DNA of 64,000 bases from Candidatus Delongbacteria bacterium (lineage in GTDB: Bacteria > CAIWAD01): NCBI GenBank assembly GCA_963663545.1, contig OY760505.1, positions 3,072,001-3,136,000 on the forward strand, read 5' to 3'. Positions 50,901 to 60,676 of this stretch are shown one piece after another (positions within the stretch are counted from its first letter, which is position 1; the number at the start of each line of letters is the position of its first letter). The notes under the pieces were generated by a model, which worked only from the letters and a program-made list of their open reading frames with translations, had not been told where the DNA came from and made no database searches. A program made the position numbers and the translations under genes.

Positions 50901-51345
50901 GGAGTGGCCCGCTGAAGGTTCTTACAACACGCTTGAAGTGACGGATGGCGTGGACTACTTCAATCTGTTCATTGACAACAGCACTGATATCGACGGTTCA
51001 CCCGTCCCCGCTGGTTCCTTTGATCTGGTCGCCGTTGTCGGCCAGTATGACAACACCAGCGTGGATGGCTACCACACCGGTTATCAGCTGATTCCGCGTA
51101 GTCTCGCCGACATCACCGAGGCCGGTGGTCTGGACGCTCCGGTTGTGACTGCCACCTACACCGCTGGCCAGATCGAGCTGACCTGGACTGCCATTACCGG
51201 CGCCACTGATTACAAGATCTACACCTGTGTTGGTGATCCCTACGAGGCCGCCAACTGGGATGCCGGTCAGAGCACCTTCGGCATGACCACCTGGACCATT
51301 TCCAGCCCCACGGGGAAGGAATTCTACCGCGTCACGGCTGAGTAA
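47995..51345 (+). CDS. Secreted multidomain protein: 2 lamin-tail domains, Ig-like linkers, repeated OB folds
   Basis: Signal peptide; VFISEYIEG..NKAIEIYN and VTEIM.DP...EWFEIYN lamin-tail motifs; OB motifs GDEVTVT..VDEY.GQTE; C-terminal FYRVTAE. Confidence 0.8.
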   Translation: MKKLLLSALLTGLATQAIAENVFISEYIEGGSQNKAIEIYNGTGASIDLSEYAVLVYANGATSPTSTITLSNTLASGDVYVVANPSANAAILAVADQTSGSVSFNGNDAVELQHNDTPIDLFGVIGEDPGSSGWGSVTANHTLVRVSSVVEGVAVWASSEWDVYAQDTFTYLGSHTSGGGGNLLPVIANVTQTPEFALDGVAVSISAEISDSDGTVSNVDFIYSVDGGTEVSTTLTGVAGVYTGSVPGQIVGSEIAYRFEATDDDSDTAISSGSYLVYEPATLSVGDLVVTEIMKDPSVVLDAAGEWFEIYNASAAQINLNGLTISDDNTNTFTVDTDVFVDAGTYALLAVNGDNATNGGLPSVDYVYPSNFYLGNGTDAVVIYDSYLAIDRVEYSDAFFPDVAGHSMGLVDLLADNNVGANWVADAVHSYGAGDYGTPRAANDLSFDPYPVIENVTALPALVTPTDDVVVTADVSDDSALTSVNLIYNVDAGADVTLAMTEVRSYTATIPAQVEGSVVAWRIEATDDATQTMTYGPESYTVTGTAPVLTIAQIQACDVDGNSLYDGQFVTTTGIVSALCSVGSGSFFIQDASAAWSGIQVYGGNAGVAVGDEVTVTAVVDEYNGQTEIIIATTADYAVLSSGNTPYAPLALTAATAGDEQYESVLATVENLNCDALPNGFGEWFGIDNGDSLMVDDLFGTFFTPTVGECYNLTGVVYYAYGAFRIEPRTTADVATCGGENLPPAVASFYRTPTLPTSADAVVVNITVTDDSAVSAVDLYYIVDGGTANVVSMALTTGDVYEGTIPALTDGSDVEYYVIATDDQSATTESYHRMYTVTDVLSCGDISVYRVNDSEGFPVRYGQTVMVCGVLTSAAELGSTGPAYLHGATGDICAYGTLNGAVTGDEVTIVGSIGFYNGLTQLTSPTVTVVSSGNAITPTVVTLAELIAGGESYEANYVQVNGLSVVAPEEWPAEGSYNTLEVTDGVDYFNLFIDNSTDIDGSPVPAGSFDLVAVVGQYDNTSVDGYHTGYQLIPRSLADITEAGGLDAPVVTATYTAGQIELTWTAITGATDYKIYTCVGDPYEAANWDAGQSTFGMTTWTISSPTGKEFYRVTAE

Positions 51346-51369
51346 GTCGTCGACTCACACGCTTCTTAC

Positions 51370-51397
51370 AGAGGGCGGCTTTGAGCCGCCCTCTTTC
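51370..51397 (+). terminator. Intrinsic terminator
   Basis: AGAGGGCGGCT-TTG-AGCCGCCCTCT followed by TT. Confidence 0.8.
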
Positions 51398-51514
51398 ATC
51401 TCCACCAGCCAACACGCGTCTCACATGCGGCGCACACGCGCTTAACCTCGTCCCGCTTTCTTGTGCCTGTTGTGTTCCGACAGCTTTCCTCCAACAGAAC
51501 AGAAGGATGTGACG

Positions 51515-54500
51515 ATGAAACGACTCCTCTTCAGTGCTGTGCTGGTATCACTGGCAAGCCAGGCGCTGGCCGAAAATGTGTTCATTTCCGAATACATTGA
51601 GGGTAGCAGCTACAACAAGGCCATCGAGATCTACAATGGAACAGGCGCCAGCCTGGACCTGAGTGGCTACACGCTCTCGCTGGGACGTAACGGTGGCGCG
51701 CTGGGTGCCCGTACTCTGGAACTCTCCGGCACGCTGGCGGCTGGCGATGTCTTCGTCTGGGCACACTCCAGTGCCGATGCGGGCATACAGGCTGTAGCCG
51801 ATGTGGTTGATGCGAGCTTTGACTTCAACGGTGACGATTCCATGGCGCTCCTGCACGACGGAACGGTGATCGACATGCTCGGTGATCAGAACGGCGACCC
51901 TGGCAGTGGCTGGACTGTCGGCACCGGCACCACACAGGATCACACTCTTGTGCGCATGTCCACGGTGTTGCAAGGGACCAACGACTGGACCGTCGGTGTG
52001 ACACAGTGGGACGTGTACGCCAACAACACCTACAGCGACCTGGGCTCCCACACCGTCAGTACGGGTGTCAACCAACCTCCGGTGATCACGGGCGTGACAC
52101 AGACTCCGGCCACCGTGCTGGAAGGCGATGCCGTGAGCGTTGAAGCCACCATTACCGACAGCGACGGCAGCGTAAGTAGCGTCGACTTCGTGTATCACGT
52201 GGATTCCGGTAGCGATGTCACTGTGACCTTGACGGGCGTTGGCGATGTCTACACCGGCAGCATTCCCGCGCAGCTTGCCGGAAGCACCGTGTATTACAGT
52301 TTTGTTGCCACCGATGACGACAGTGACAGTTCGACCTACAGCGATTCCTATTACGTGGGCAGCGTGTCCAACATTAACGAGGGCGACCTGGTCATCAATG
52401 AGATCATGCCCAATCCCCTCGCGGTGGGTGATGCGGAAGGCGAGTGGTTTGAAGTCCACAACACCACCGCCGCCGACATCGACATGTTCGGTTTGAGCAT
52501 CGCCGATGATGGCAGCGACTTCTTTACCATCAGCAGCCAGCTGATCGTGCCCGCCGGTGGTTACGTGATTTTTGCCGAAGTGGCCGACAGCGGACTCAAT
52601 GGCGGATTGCCCGTTGTGGATTACCTGATTCCCGATCCGGGACAGTTTGCTCTGGCCAACACTGCCGACGAACTCTTGATTCTGGACGGCACCACCGAGT
52701 TGGATCGCGTGGCCTGGGATACCAGCAGTGGCTGGCCCTACACCAATGGCCACAGCCTGGCGCTGACCGATCCCACTCTGGACAACAACGTGGCGGCCAG
52801 CTGGGTTGAGTTCACTGACAGCCAGTACGGCGATGGCGACTACGGAACACCCGGAGTCGTCAATTTCAGCGGCGTGCCCACGTTCAGCAACTTCGCGCAG
52901 AGTCCCGAGAATGTGATGCCGGGCGATGTCGTCACGGTCAGTGTTGACGCCAACGACGACGGCACCATCACTTCCGTCACCCTGTATTACAGCCTGAATG
53001 GCGGAGCTGAGAGCAGCATTGCTATGAGTGAAGTTGTATCACGTGCCTCCTACACCGGTGACCTTCCCGCCCAGATCCTGGGAACTCAAGTGGACTATCG
53101 TCTTGTGGCCATTGATGATGAGTTGAACAGCAGCGAGTTCGGTCCCCGCAGTTACACTGTCGGCGGCAACCAGATCAGCATTGCCGCGGTGCAGGCGCAC
53201 AACGGTGACGGTGTCAGCCTGATGGAAGGTCAGACGGTCTCCATCACGGGTATCGTCAGTGCGCTGGCCTATTCGGGCACTGGCAGCTTCTTCCTTCAGG
53301 ACAGCAACGCGGCGCTTTCCGGCATTCAAGTCTACGGTGCCAACGACGGCCTGGCTGTGGGAGACGAAGTGTCGGTGACCGGTGAAGTCGACGAGTATTA
53401 CGATCATACCGAGCTGGTGATCGGCAGCAGCAGTGCGTACAGTGTAATCTCCAGCGGCAACACACCTTGGGCCCCCGTTGCTCTTACGGCTGCTACAGCC
53501 GGAGCCGAGGACTACGAAAGCATGCTGGTCCGTGTTGAGGATCTGGATTGTCTGGGTGCGCCCGACACCTACGGCGAGTGGTTTTCGGCTACCGGCAACG
53601 ACAGCCTGATGGTTGACGACCTCTTCGGCGGCTTCTTCAGTCCCATTGTCGGCGAGTGCTACGACCTGGTGGGCGTGATGTATTACAGCTACGAAGTTTT
53701 CCGCATCGAGCCCCGCAACATGGGTGATCTGGCCCTTTGCAGCGGCGGCAACTTGCCTCCCGTTGCCTACGGTTTGTATCACGACATCAGCCTTCCTACA
53801 AGTGTTGACCCCGTGACCGTAACCGGTACCGCCGACGACGACACCGGCATGAGCAGTGTCGAACTGCGTTACACTGTGGACGGAGGCGCCGTGAACAGCT
53901 TGAGCATGAGTCTCTTGCGCGGCGGCCAGTATGAAGGAGTGATACCTGCCCAGGCCGATGGCAGCGACGTCGAGTACTGGATGTACGTCACCGACCTTGA
54001 TATGGCCGACTATGAGTCTGATCACGGGTTCTATAATGTTTCCGACGCACTGCTGTGTGACGATGTGGCCCCGATGCGCGTCGTTGACGCTGATGGCGAG
54101 CCGCTGATGCTGGGGCAGACCGTAGTCATTTGCGGTGTTGCCACTACCGCATACGAATTCGGCTACGCCGGTGCCGCCTACATTCACACCTCCACAGGTG
54201 ACATCTGCGCGTACGGTGGTCTGGTGCACACGGACAGCACTGCGCTGGCCATTGGTGATGAAGTTATGATCGCTGGCGAGATCGGCTTCTACAATGGCTT
54301 GACCGAGATCATCAATTGCAGCATCGTGACCGTGCAGAGCAGCGGCAACAGCGTGACACCGACCGTGGTGACCCTGGCTGATCTGAACGCAGACGGCGAA
54401 GGCTACGAGGCACAGCTGGTGCGTGTGAATGGTGTCACGATTACCGATCCAGCGAACTGGCCCGCCTCTGGCAGCAATGGCAGTGTGATTGTGTCACAGG

Positions 54501-55516
54501 GTACCGATACCTTCACGATGTTCGTTGACCGTGATACAAACCTCAACGGTACTGCCGCCCCCACAGGTGAGTTCGATATGATCGCCGTTGTGGGACAGTA
54601 CGACTACACTTCGCCCTACACAGAAGGCTACCAGCTGATTCCGCGCTTCACCGCCGATATCAATCCCGAAGCCAGCTACGAGTGCACCGACCTGAGCGAC
54701 CTGCGCGTCAACGACGCCGACGGTATTCCCACGGCTCTTGGCACAACGGTCAAGGTGTGCGGCGTAGTGACCAGCACCAACCAGCTTAGCGCTTCCGGAC
54801 CCGCAACCCTTCAGACTGCCGATGGCGCCATTGCCATCTACGACGAGTTGGTGGCCGGTGATACATTGATCGCCCTGGGCGACAGCATCGAGGTCGTTGG
54901 CGCGGTCGGCTTCTATCGCGGCCTGAGCCAGATCACCGGTGTCAGCCAGTTCAGCATCGTCAACAATGGTCCCGCACTGCTTGGCGAGATCGTTACCCTG
55001 GCGGATCTGATCGCAGCGAGCGAGTCCTACGAGTCCCGTCTGGTAACCGTGGAAAATGTCACGCTGGTGGATCCGGAGAACTGGCCTGCCGAGGGTAGCA
55101 GCTACACGCTGACTCTGAGTGACGGCACCAACGAGTTCGACCTGCGTGTTGATCAGGATACAGACATCGACGGCAGCACTGTTCTCGCCGGGAGCTTTGA
55201 CTTGACCGCAGTTGTGGGCCAGTACGACAGCAGTGCGCCCTACGACAGCGGCTATCAGCTGCTGCCCCGCTTCTACAGCGACTTCGCACAGGCACAGGCT
55301 CTGCCCGCCCCCGTCGTCAACATCAGCATTGCCGCCAATCAGCTCACGCTGAGTTGGGATGCAATCCTTGGAGCCACCGATTACACGGTCTACACTTGCG
55401 TTGGTGATCCTTACAATTCCGCCAACTGGGATGCTGGCCAGAGCACCTACGGCGTAAACTCCTGGACTCTGCCGGTGCCTGCAGCAAACACTTTCTATCG
55501 TGTCACAGCCGAATAA
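51515..55516 (+). CDS. Paralogous secreted lamin-tail/OB-fold protein with one extra OB module
   Basis: Colinear with the 47995-51345 product (ENVFISEYIEG, GDYGTP, DSLMVDDLFG, YQLIPR, DPY..ANWDAGQST, FYRVTAE). Confidence 0.8.
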   Translation: MKRLLFSAVLVSLASQALAENVFISEYIEGSSYNKAIEIYNGTGASLDLSGYTLSLGRNGGALGARTLELSGTLAAGDVFVWAHSSADAGIQAVADVVDASFDFNGDDSMALLHDGTVIDMLGDQNGDPGSGWTVGTGTTQDHTLVRMSTVLQGTNDWTVGVTQWDVYANNTYSDLGSHTVSTGVNQPPVITGVTQTPATVLEGDAVSVEATITDSDGSVSSVDFVYHVDSGSDVTVTLTGVGDVYTGSIPAQLAGSTVYYSFVATDDDSDSSTYSDSYYVGSVSNINEGDLVINEIMPNPLAVGDAEGEWFEVHNTTAADIDMFGLSIADDGSDFFTISSQLIVPAGGYVIFAEVADSGLNGGLPVVDYLIPDPGQFALANTADELLILDGTTELDRVAWDTSSGWPYTNGHSLALTDPTLDNNVAASWVEFTDSQYGDGDYGTPGVVNFSGVPTFSNFAQSPENVMPGDVVTVSVDANDDGTITSVTLYYSLNGGAESSIAMSEVVSRASYTGDLPAQILGTQVDYRLVAIDDELNSSEFGPRSYTVGGNQISIAAVQAHNGDGVSLMEGQTVSITGIVSALAYSGTGSFFLQDSNAALSGIQVYGANDGLAVGDEVSVTGEVDEYYDHTELVIGSSSAYSVISSGNTPWAPVALTAATAGAEDYESMLVRVEDLDCLGAPDTYGEWFSATGNDSLMVDDLFGGFFSPIVGECYDLVGVMYYSYEVFRIEPRNMGDLALCSGGNLPPVAYGLYHDISLPTSVDPVTVTGTADDDTGMSSVELRYTVDGGAVNSLSMSLLRGGQYEGVIPAQADGSDVEYWMYVTDLDMADYESDHGFYNVSDALLCDDVAPMRVVDADGEPLMLGQTVVICGVATTAYEFGYAGAAYIHTSTGDICAYGGLVHTDSTALAIGDEVMIAGEIGFYNGLTEIINCSIVTVQSSGNSVTPTVVTLADLNADGEGYEAQLVRVNGVTITDPANWPASGSNGSVIVSQGTDTFTMFVDRDTNLNGTAAPTGEFDMIAVVGQYDYTSPYTEGYQLIPRFTADINPEASYECTDLSDLRVNDADGIPTALGTTVKVCGVVTSTNQLSASGPATLQTADGAIAIYDELVAGDTLIALGDSIEVVGAVGFYRGLSQITGVSQFSIVNNGPALLGEIVTLADLIAASESYESRLVTVENVTLVDPENWPAEGSSYTLTLSDGTNEFDLRVDQDTDIDGSTVLAGSFDLTAVVGQYDSSAPYDSGYQLLPRFYSDFAQAQALPAPVVNISIAANQLTLSWDAILGATDYTVYTCVGDPYNSANWDAGQSTYGVNSWTLPVPAANTFYRVTAE

Positions 55517-55534
55517 GCGTCGACACTTTCACTG

Positions 55535-55565
55535 AAAAAAGGGCGTCCTGCGGGGCGCCCTCTTT
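55535..55565. terminator. Bidirectional intrinsic terminator
   Basis: AAAAAAGGGCGTCC-TGCG-GGGCGCCCTCTTT between convergent genes. Confidence 0.8.
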
Positions 55566-55592
55566 GATTGAATACCTGTGATATAAACCGCT

Positions 55593-57461
55593 TCAAGGCT
55601 GAGCTGCCGCCGACGCATTCGCCGCGGGAGCGAAACACTCAGAAAGGAGCCTGATGCCAGCGCCATCGTAGCTCGTCTGCAGCATCTTCTGGAAATGATC
55701 GCGCGCTTGCGATGTATCACCCGTTTCCAGCAGTTGCTGTGCCAGCTTAGCGTGACACAAACCAAGGTTCCAGTTGGCGTCGGCGTAGGCGGGGCGGAGT
55801 CGCAGTGCGTGAAGATAGCCGCTCAAGGCTTCGCTGTACCGGCCCGTAGCAAAGTAAAGGCCAGCCAGGTTGTTCCAGGCTTCCACTGATGTGGAATCCA
55901 GTTCGAGCTCTTGTTTGTAGCACACGGCAGCTTCCTGCAATCGGCCTGCCATGTGGTGCATACGTCCCAGATTCAACCGCGGACCAGGAAGAGAAGGCGC
56001 TTGCTGCATTGCTTCTTGGTAGCACTCTGCGGCGCGATCCAATTTCTGCAGACGCTGCCAGGCGTTGCCCTCCTGCAAGGCTTGCCATCCCGTATTGCTG
56101 TGATACAATGCGCGGGGTAGTGACAGAGCTGCCAGCGACAGCAGGATCAGCAGAAGCCCACTCAGGATCATTCCTCGTGGAGTACGCAGCCGAGTGGCGA
56201 ACTCACGCGGATCAGCGAGCATGGCTGCGGCAGGCAGGTGCAGGAAAGGGTGCAAGGGCAGCCGGAAGCGGCTGTTTACGAAGAAGAGCAACAGACTTAG
56301 CGACCACAAGCCCAATACAGCCAGACACCAACGTCTGAGTAGGCGCTGTCGGGGAAAACCCAGGGCCAGAGCCAGTAATCCAGGTACCAGGAGTAGCCAC
56401 CAGGAAAAGCGCAAGAGCCGATGGATCACAGGTGCGCGCTCGCTCAGTGCCAGCGGATTTGTGTTACTGCCAATCTCTACGGGAGCCAGCAGCAGCGCCA
56501 GTTTGCGCCAGTACAGTTGAGCTGCCTCAGCCGGATGCCCCAAGAGCCAACGTCGGCCCTGGGTGTAGTACCAGTCGCTTTCTTCACCAGGTGACAGCCT
56601 GTGCAGGCTGTCGCTTTGGCTTCGACCTTTTGCCGCCAGCAGGCTGGCATCAGAACGCTCCCAGGTGTTTCCAACTCCGGGAAGTGCTGCAGTATGTCCA
56701 TCGGCAGTCGCGTTGTTGCCAATGTAGAAGTTCACGCCGCCCTGACTGGCCAGCAACACTCCACTTGTCGGCCAGCGGTTGATGCCCGCCACCAGACCAA
56801 TGGGTAACAGCATGCCCAACACCAACAGCAGCAGTGATACGCGCCGCAGGCTCATGGACACTTGCGCCTCTTCGGCGGAGAACCACAGCAGCAACGGCAG
56901 CACAGGCGTCAGCAGAAGCGCGTTGGGGCGTGCAATACAGGCAAGGCCTAACGCCAATCCGCTTGTCAGGGCGTACCCAAGTCGTCGCTTGCCGGTGGTC
57001 TCTGCCGCCAGCAACAGAAAGCCCGTGCTCAGCAGCAGGCAGCAGAGCAGAAGGTGTGGAATCAGCAGCATCGGTTCGAAATAGATCCAGCTTGCATCCA
57101 GCCCCCCCAGTGCCAATAGCCACATGCGTGCACGCGACGAAAGCCGACGACCAACGAAAAAGATCAGCAGCGCCAGATTAAGTAGCCCTAGAAGCAGACC
57201 GGCGGCACGCACCTGTGCCAACCCGCCCGGCAAGTGATGTAACACACTCAAATACCAGGCGTACAGCGGTGCACGGAAGTAGGGGATTTCCGGGCTGCCC
57301 TGACCTGTGGCCAGAGCTTCCGCCCAGTGCCAGTGAAGAGCCTCGTCAACCGCGGGGCTTTGAAAAAGTGGACTCTCATGAAAACCTGAGAACCAGTGCA
57401 GGCGCAGACCAAGGATTGCGGCCAGGAGAATCAGCAGGACAAACAGGCTGCGTCGCTTCAT
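55593..57461 (-). CDS. GT-C-fold (ArnT/PMT-like) membrane glycosyltransferase with C-terminal TPRs
   Basis: VDEALH..WA, YFRAPLY, ARPNALL, GGVNFYIGNN, FFVNSRFRLP, then TPR repeats (AWNNLA..Y, ANWNLG). Confidence 0.8.
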   Translation of the reverse strand: MKRRSLFVLLILLAAILGLRLHWFSGFHESPLFQSPAVDEALHWHWAEALATGQGSPEIPYFRAPLYAWYLSVLHHLPGGLAQVRAAGLLLGLLNLALLIFFVGRRLSSRARMWLLALGGLDASWIYFEPMLLIPHLLLCCLLLSTGFLLLAAETTGKRRLGYALTSGLALGLACIARPNALLLTPVLPLLLWFSAEEAQVSMSLRRVSLLLLVLGMLLPIGLVAGINRWPTSGVLLASQGGVNFYIGNNATADGHTAALPGVGNTWERSDASLLAAKGRSQSDSLHRLSPGEESDWYYTQGRRWLLGHPAEAAQLYWRKLALLLAPVEIGSNTNPLALSERAPVIHRLLRFSWWLLLVPGLLALALGFPRQRLLRRWCLAVLGLWSLSLLLFFVNSRFRLPLHPFLHLPAAAMLADPREFATRLRTPRGMILSGLLLILLSLAALSLPRALYHSNTGWQALQEGNAWQRLQKLDRAAECYQEAMQQAPSLPGPRLNLGRMHHMAGRLQEAAVCYKQELELDSTSVEAWNNLAGLYFATGRYSEALSGYLHALRLRPAYADANWNLGLCHAKLAQQLLETGDTSQARDHFQKMLQTSYDGAGIRLLSECFAPAANASAAAQP

Positions 57462-57694
57462 GCTTCTCTCTTTGTTATCTAAGCCAGACAAGTGCAGCGC
57501 AATTGAGAATTCTGTGGTTGAAATCCACCGGATCGCCTGCCAGTACCTGCCACATGGAACCTAAAACGCGGGTATAATTTTTGCGCAACATCCGCGGCCA
57601 AGGTCGTCCTTCATCTTCACTATCGAAATAGTAAACTGAAGGGCCGCCTTTGAAAAGGTATCGAATCATTCAAGATAGTCACCCTGGAGGTATC

Positions 57695-60370
57695 GTGCTG
57701 CGTCCCATGAGCATAGCATTGGCTGGTGTTTTGTGTGCACAACTCGCCACCGCTGCCGCACCCGAACACTACGTGCCGGGAGAGCTGACCGTTCGTTTCT
57801 ATCAGCACCCCGGAGTACAGACGACAAGCGAAGGCGTCCTGCTGGGCAACGCCAAGCTGGATGAGCTGAACCAGTTTGCGCCCCTGCGGAGCATTGAGCC
57901 GCTCTACAAGCATTTGACCACGCCCACCGAGCCCGACCTCTCGCTGGACTATGTCCTCCACTACGACGAGGAAGTGGATCTGGTCACTCTGGCCAAGGCC
58001 TTCGAGTCCACCGGTGTTGTTGAGTATGCCGAGCCCAACTGGCTGCTGCCCATGTATCGCACCGTTAACGATCCCGACGATTACCGTCAGTGGTATCTGA
58101 GCACACTGGGAGCCGAGGAAGCCTGGGACATCCTGCCTGCGACTCCCGACTTTTCTGACATGATCGTGGCCATCATTGACAGCGGTGTGGATTGGAATCA
58201 CCCTGATCTGGCCGGTCACATTTGGGTCAACCCAGAAGAGGATGCCGACGGTGACGGCGCCATGAACACCACTTCCACTCCTGGCGATCCCGACGATCGC
58301 GATGGTGTGGACGGTTTTGGGGGTAGCGAAGGCAACGGCTACGTGGACGATTTCTACGGCTGGGACTTCGTGGACAATATTACCGGCTGTGCTTCTGGCG
58401 AAGATTGTGACACCGTCGACAACAACCCTATGGATTTCAACGGTCACGGCACCCATTGCTCCGGTCTGGCCATGGCCGACACGGACAACGGCGTCGGTGT
58501 GGCTGCGGTTGCCTTTGACGGTCGCATCATGTGCCTGCGTGCGGGGTACGATGCCTCCGATGGCACGGGTTACGTAGTGCAGAACGCGGCCGCCGAGGCC
58601 ATTTACTACGCCCGCGAGAACGGCGCCAAGATCATTTCGATGAGCTTCGGCGGCAGTCAGGTGCTGCGTACGCCAGCGACGGTGGCGTACAACTCGGGCA
58701 TGCTCTGCTTCCACGCTGCTGGCAACGACGACGTGACCGAGCAGGACCAGCTCGATCGCGCCTCGGGCATGATCAGCGTCGCGGCTACCTCGAGCAGCAA
58801 CTGCAAAGCCGACTTCAGCAATTATGGCGAATGGGTTGATGTGAGTGCGCCCGGTGTCAACATGTATTGCACCTGGTTCAACAACACCTACATCAGCATT
58901 CAAGGCACTTCCATGGCCTGCCCGTTGGCGGCTTCCGTAGCGGCGTTGATCTGGAATGTGGCTCCCGAGTTGACCAATCAGGAAGTACGCGCCCGTCTGC
59001 TGGGAACGGTGAACCAAATTGATCACCTGTCCTGCAACACTTCTTATGCTGGCCAGCTGGGCACAGGCTGCGTCAACGCCTATAACGCGGCTTACAACAT
59101 TCGTGCAACCGAGATTGTCATGGGTGAGCTGACGGTCACGGACAGCGGCGGCGACGGTCGTTACCTGAACGAGGAAAACGTCAACTTCAGCTTCAGCTTC
59201 GACAACACCGGTATCAACCCCACGGATGAGGTGATTTGCGAGCTGAGCACAGACGACGGTAGCGTGACCATCGATGCGCCTACGCTTACGCTGAATCCGG
59301 TTGAGATCGCCGAGAGCGGCAGCGGCACAATGAGTGCGCATCTGAATGCTGGCGGAAACAATCGTTATGTCACCTTTACTCTGAGCATCAGCACGGCCAA
59401 CGCCGAGGATGCTTTGGAGAGCGTGGTCGAGATCATGGTAGGAACCCCCCATGTGCTGCTTTACGATGATGCGCCGGTAACGGATCTGATTTACAGCTTT
59501 TATTTCACGGCGCTCAAGGAGCAGGGCCTCATTTTTGACTGGTACCAGAGCGAGAGCGGCAGTTTTCCGATGATGCCGGGTACCAGCCTGGATATGGAGA
59601 TGTACGACACCGTCTTCTACAGCTCCGGTAGTGCCAGCAGCACGCTGAATGCCAACGAGCAAACCCTGCTTAGCTCCTGGCTGAATGCCGATCGCGGGCT
59701 CCTGGTTAGCAGCCAGTATGCGGCTACCGATCTGGCGGGCTCCGACTTCCTGGCCAACGTGCTGTGTGCCGAAGCAACGGAGGACGAGAACGCCTCACGC
59801 GGTGTGCGCGGACTCTCCGAGGGTGACACGCCTTGCCAGGGCTATTGGCTGATTCTGCAGGGTGCTGGCGGTGCCAACAATCAGGGCTCGCCCGTTACCG
59901 GCATCAACGCGATCAACGGCAGCGAAGTGCTCTTTCAGGACAACGATTCCGACTTCAGCACCGGCGTGATCCACAACAATGTGGCCTTCCTCGGATTCGC
60001 TGTTGAAGCGGCCAGCGGCCTTTCTACCAGCCAGACTCTGTCGGATGTCCTTGGCGAAATGCTGCCGACCCTCGATGTGGAGGAGCCCGTGGCCCAGTTG
60101 CCGCAGAGCAGCCGTCTGACCGCCGTTTGGCCCAATCCCTTCAATCCCTCGACACAGATCGCTTTCGAACTGGCGCAGGCCGCTCAAGTAAATCTCTGCG
60201 TGTACAATCTGCTGGGACAGGAAGTAGCGCGTCTGGCCGAAGGTCGTATGACTGCCGGTGAGCATCGCGTGACCTTCCAGGCCGATCAGCAGGCTTCCGG
60301 CCTCTACCTGGCCACCTTGGTCGTGGACGGTCAGCGCGTCGGCGTGCAGAAACTGGTGCTGGCGAGATAA
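57695..60370 (+). CDS. S8 (subtilisin-like) serine peptidase with T9SS-type-A-like C-terminal domain
   Basis: Catalytic IIDSG, GHGTH, GTSMACP; AAGN oxyanion Asn; C-terminal WPNPFNPST...YNLLGQEV...ASGLY; GGAGG RBS before GTG. Confidence 0.93.
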   Translation: MLRPMSIALAGVLCAQLATAAAPEHYVPGELTVRFYQHPGVQTTSEGVLLGNAKLDELNQFAPLRSIEPLYKHLTTPTEPDLSLDYVLHYDEEVDLVTLAKAFESTGVVEYAEPNWLLPMYRTVNDPDDYRQWYLSTLGAEEAWDILPATPDFSDMIVAIIDSGVDWNHPDLAGHIWVNPEEDADGDGAMNTTSTPGDPDDRDGVDGFGGSEGNGYVDDFYGWDFVDNITGCASGEDCDTVDNNPMDFNGHGTHCSGLAMADTDNGVGVAAVAFDGRIMCLRAGYDASDGTGYVVQNAAAEAIYYARENGAKIISMSFGGSQVLRTPATVAYNSGMLCFHAAGNDDVTEQDQLDRASGMISVAATSSSNCKADFSNYGEWVDVSAPGVNMYCTWFNNTYISIQGTSMACPLAASVAALIWNVAPELTNQEVRARLLGTVNQIDHLSCNTSYAGQLGTGCVNAYNAAYNIRATEIVMGELTVTDSGGDGRYLNEENVNFSFSFDNTGINPTDEVICELSTDDGSVTIDAPTLTLNPVEIAESGSGTMSAHLNAGGNNRYVTFTLSISTANAEDALESVVEIMVGTPHVLLYDDAPVTDLIYSFYFTALKEQGLIFDWYQSESGSFPMMPGTSLDMEMYDTVFYSSGSASSTLNANEQTLLSSWLNADRGLLVSSQYAATDLAGSDFLANVLCAEATEDENASRGVRGLSEGDTPCQGYWLILQGAGGANNQGSPVTGINAINGSEVLFQDNDSDFSTGVIHNNVAFLGFAVEAASGLSTSQTLSDVLGEMLPTLDVEEPVAQLPQSSRLTAVWPNPFNPSTQIAFELAQAAQVNLCVYNLLGQEVARLAEGRMTAGEHRVTFQADQQASGLYLATLVVDGQRVGVQKLVLAR

Positions 60371-60403
60371 TCGTTCAAGCTTGTCTGTATCACATGACAT
60401 GCC

Positions 60404-60436
60404 AGCGGGTGCTGCAATTGCGGCACCCGCTTTTTT
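60404..60436 (+). terminator. Intrinsic terminator
   Basis: AGCGGGTGCTGCAA/TTGCGGCACCCGCT followed by TTTTT. Confidence 0.85.
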
Positions 60437-60676
60437 GGCTGGATTTGAGCTGGCGCTTAGTCGATCGGTATACTAACAGTGTTCATGTTGGGCGCAGTAC
60501 TGGCTGGCTACGTTGTATAGGAGTACTCAGAAGTTCTGTCCAACCTCTTTGCCTGGATCTATTGTAAATGCTGATATTGCAATCATTTGATTGGCGATTC
60601 GTTGGACAGAACATTCAAGTACTCCAATAAGAGGCCGTGCGTGCTGGCCATGTCTCGGAAACAGGAGGGATGAACG

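Noticed and set aside
52191..52206. parS-like site (TGTATCACGTGG; similar at 53035)
   Set aside because: Only half resembles TGTTTCACGTGAAACA; explained by the iterated motif inside a coding region.
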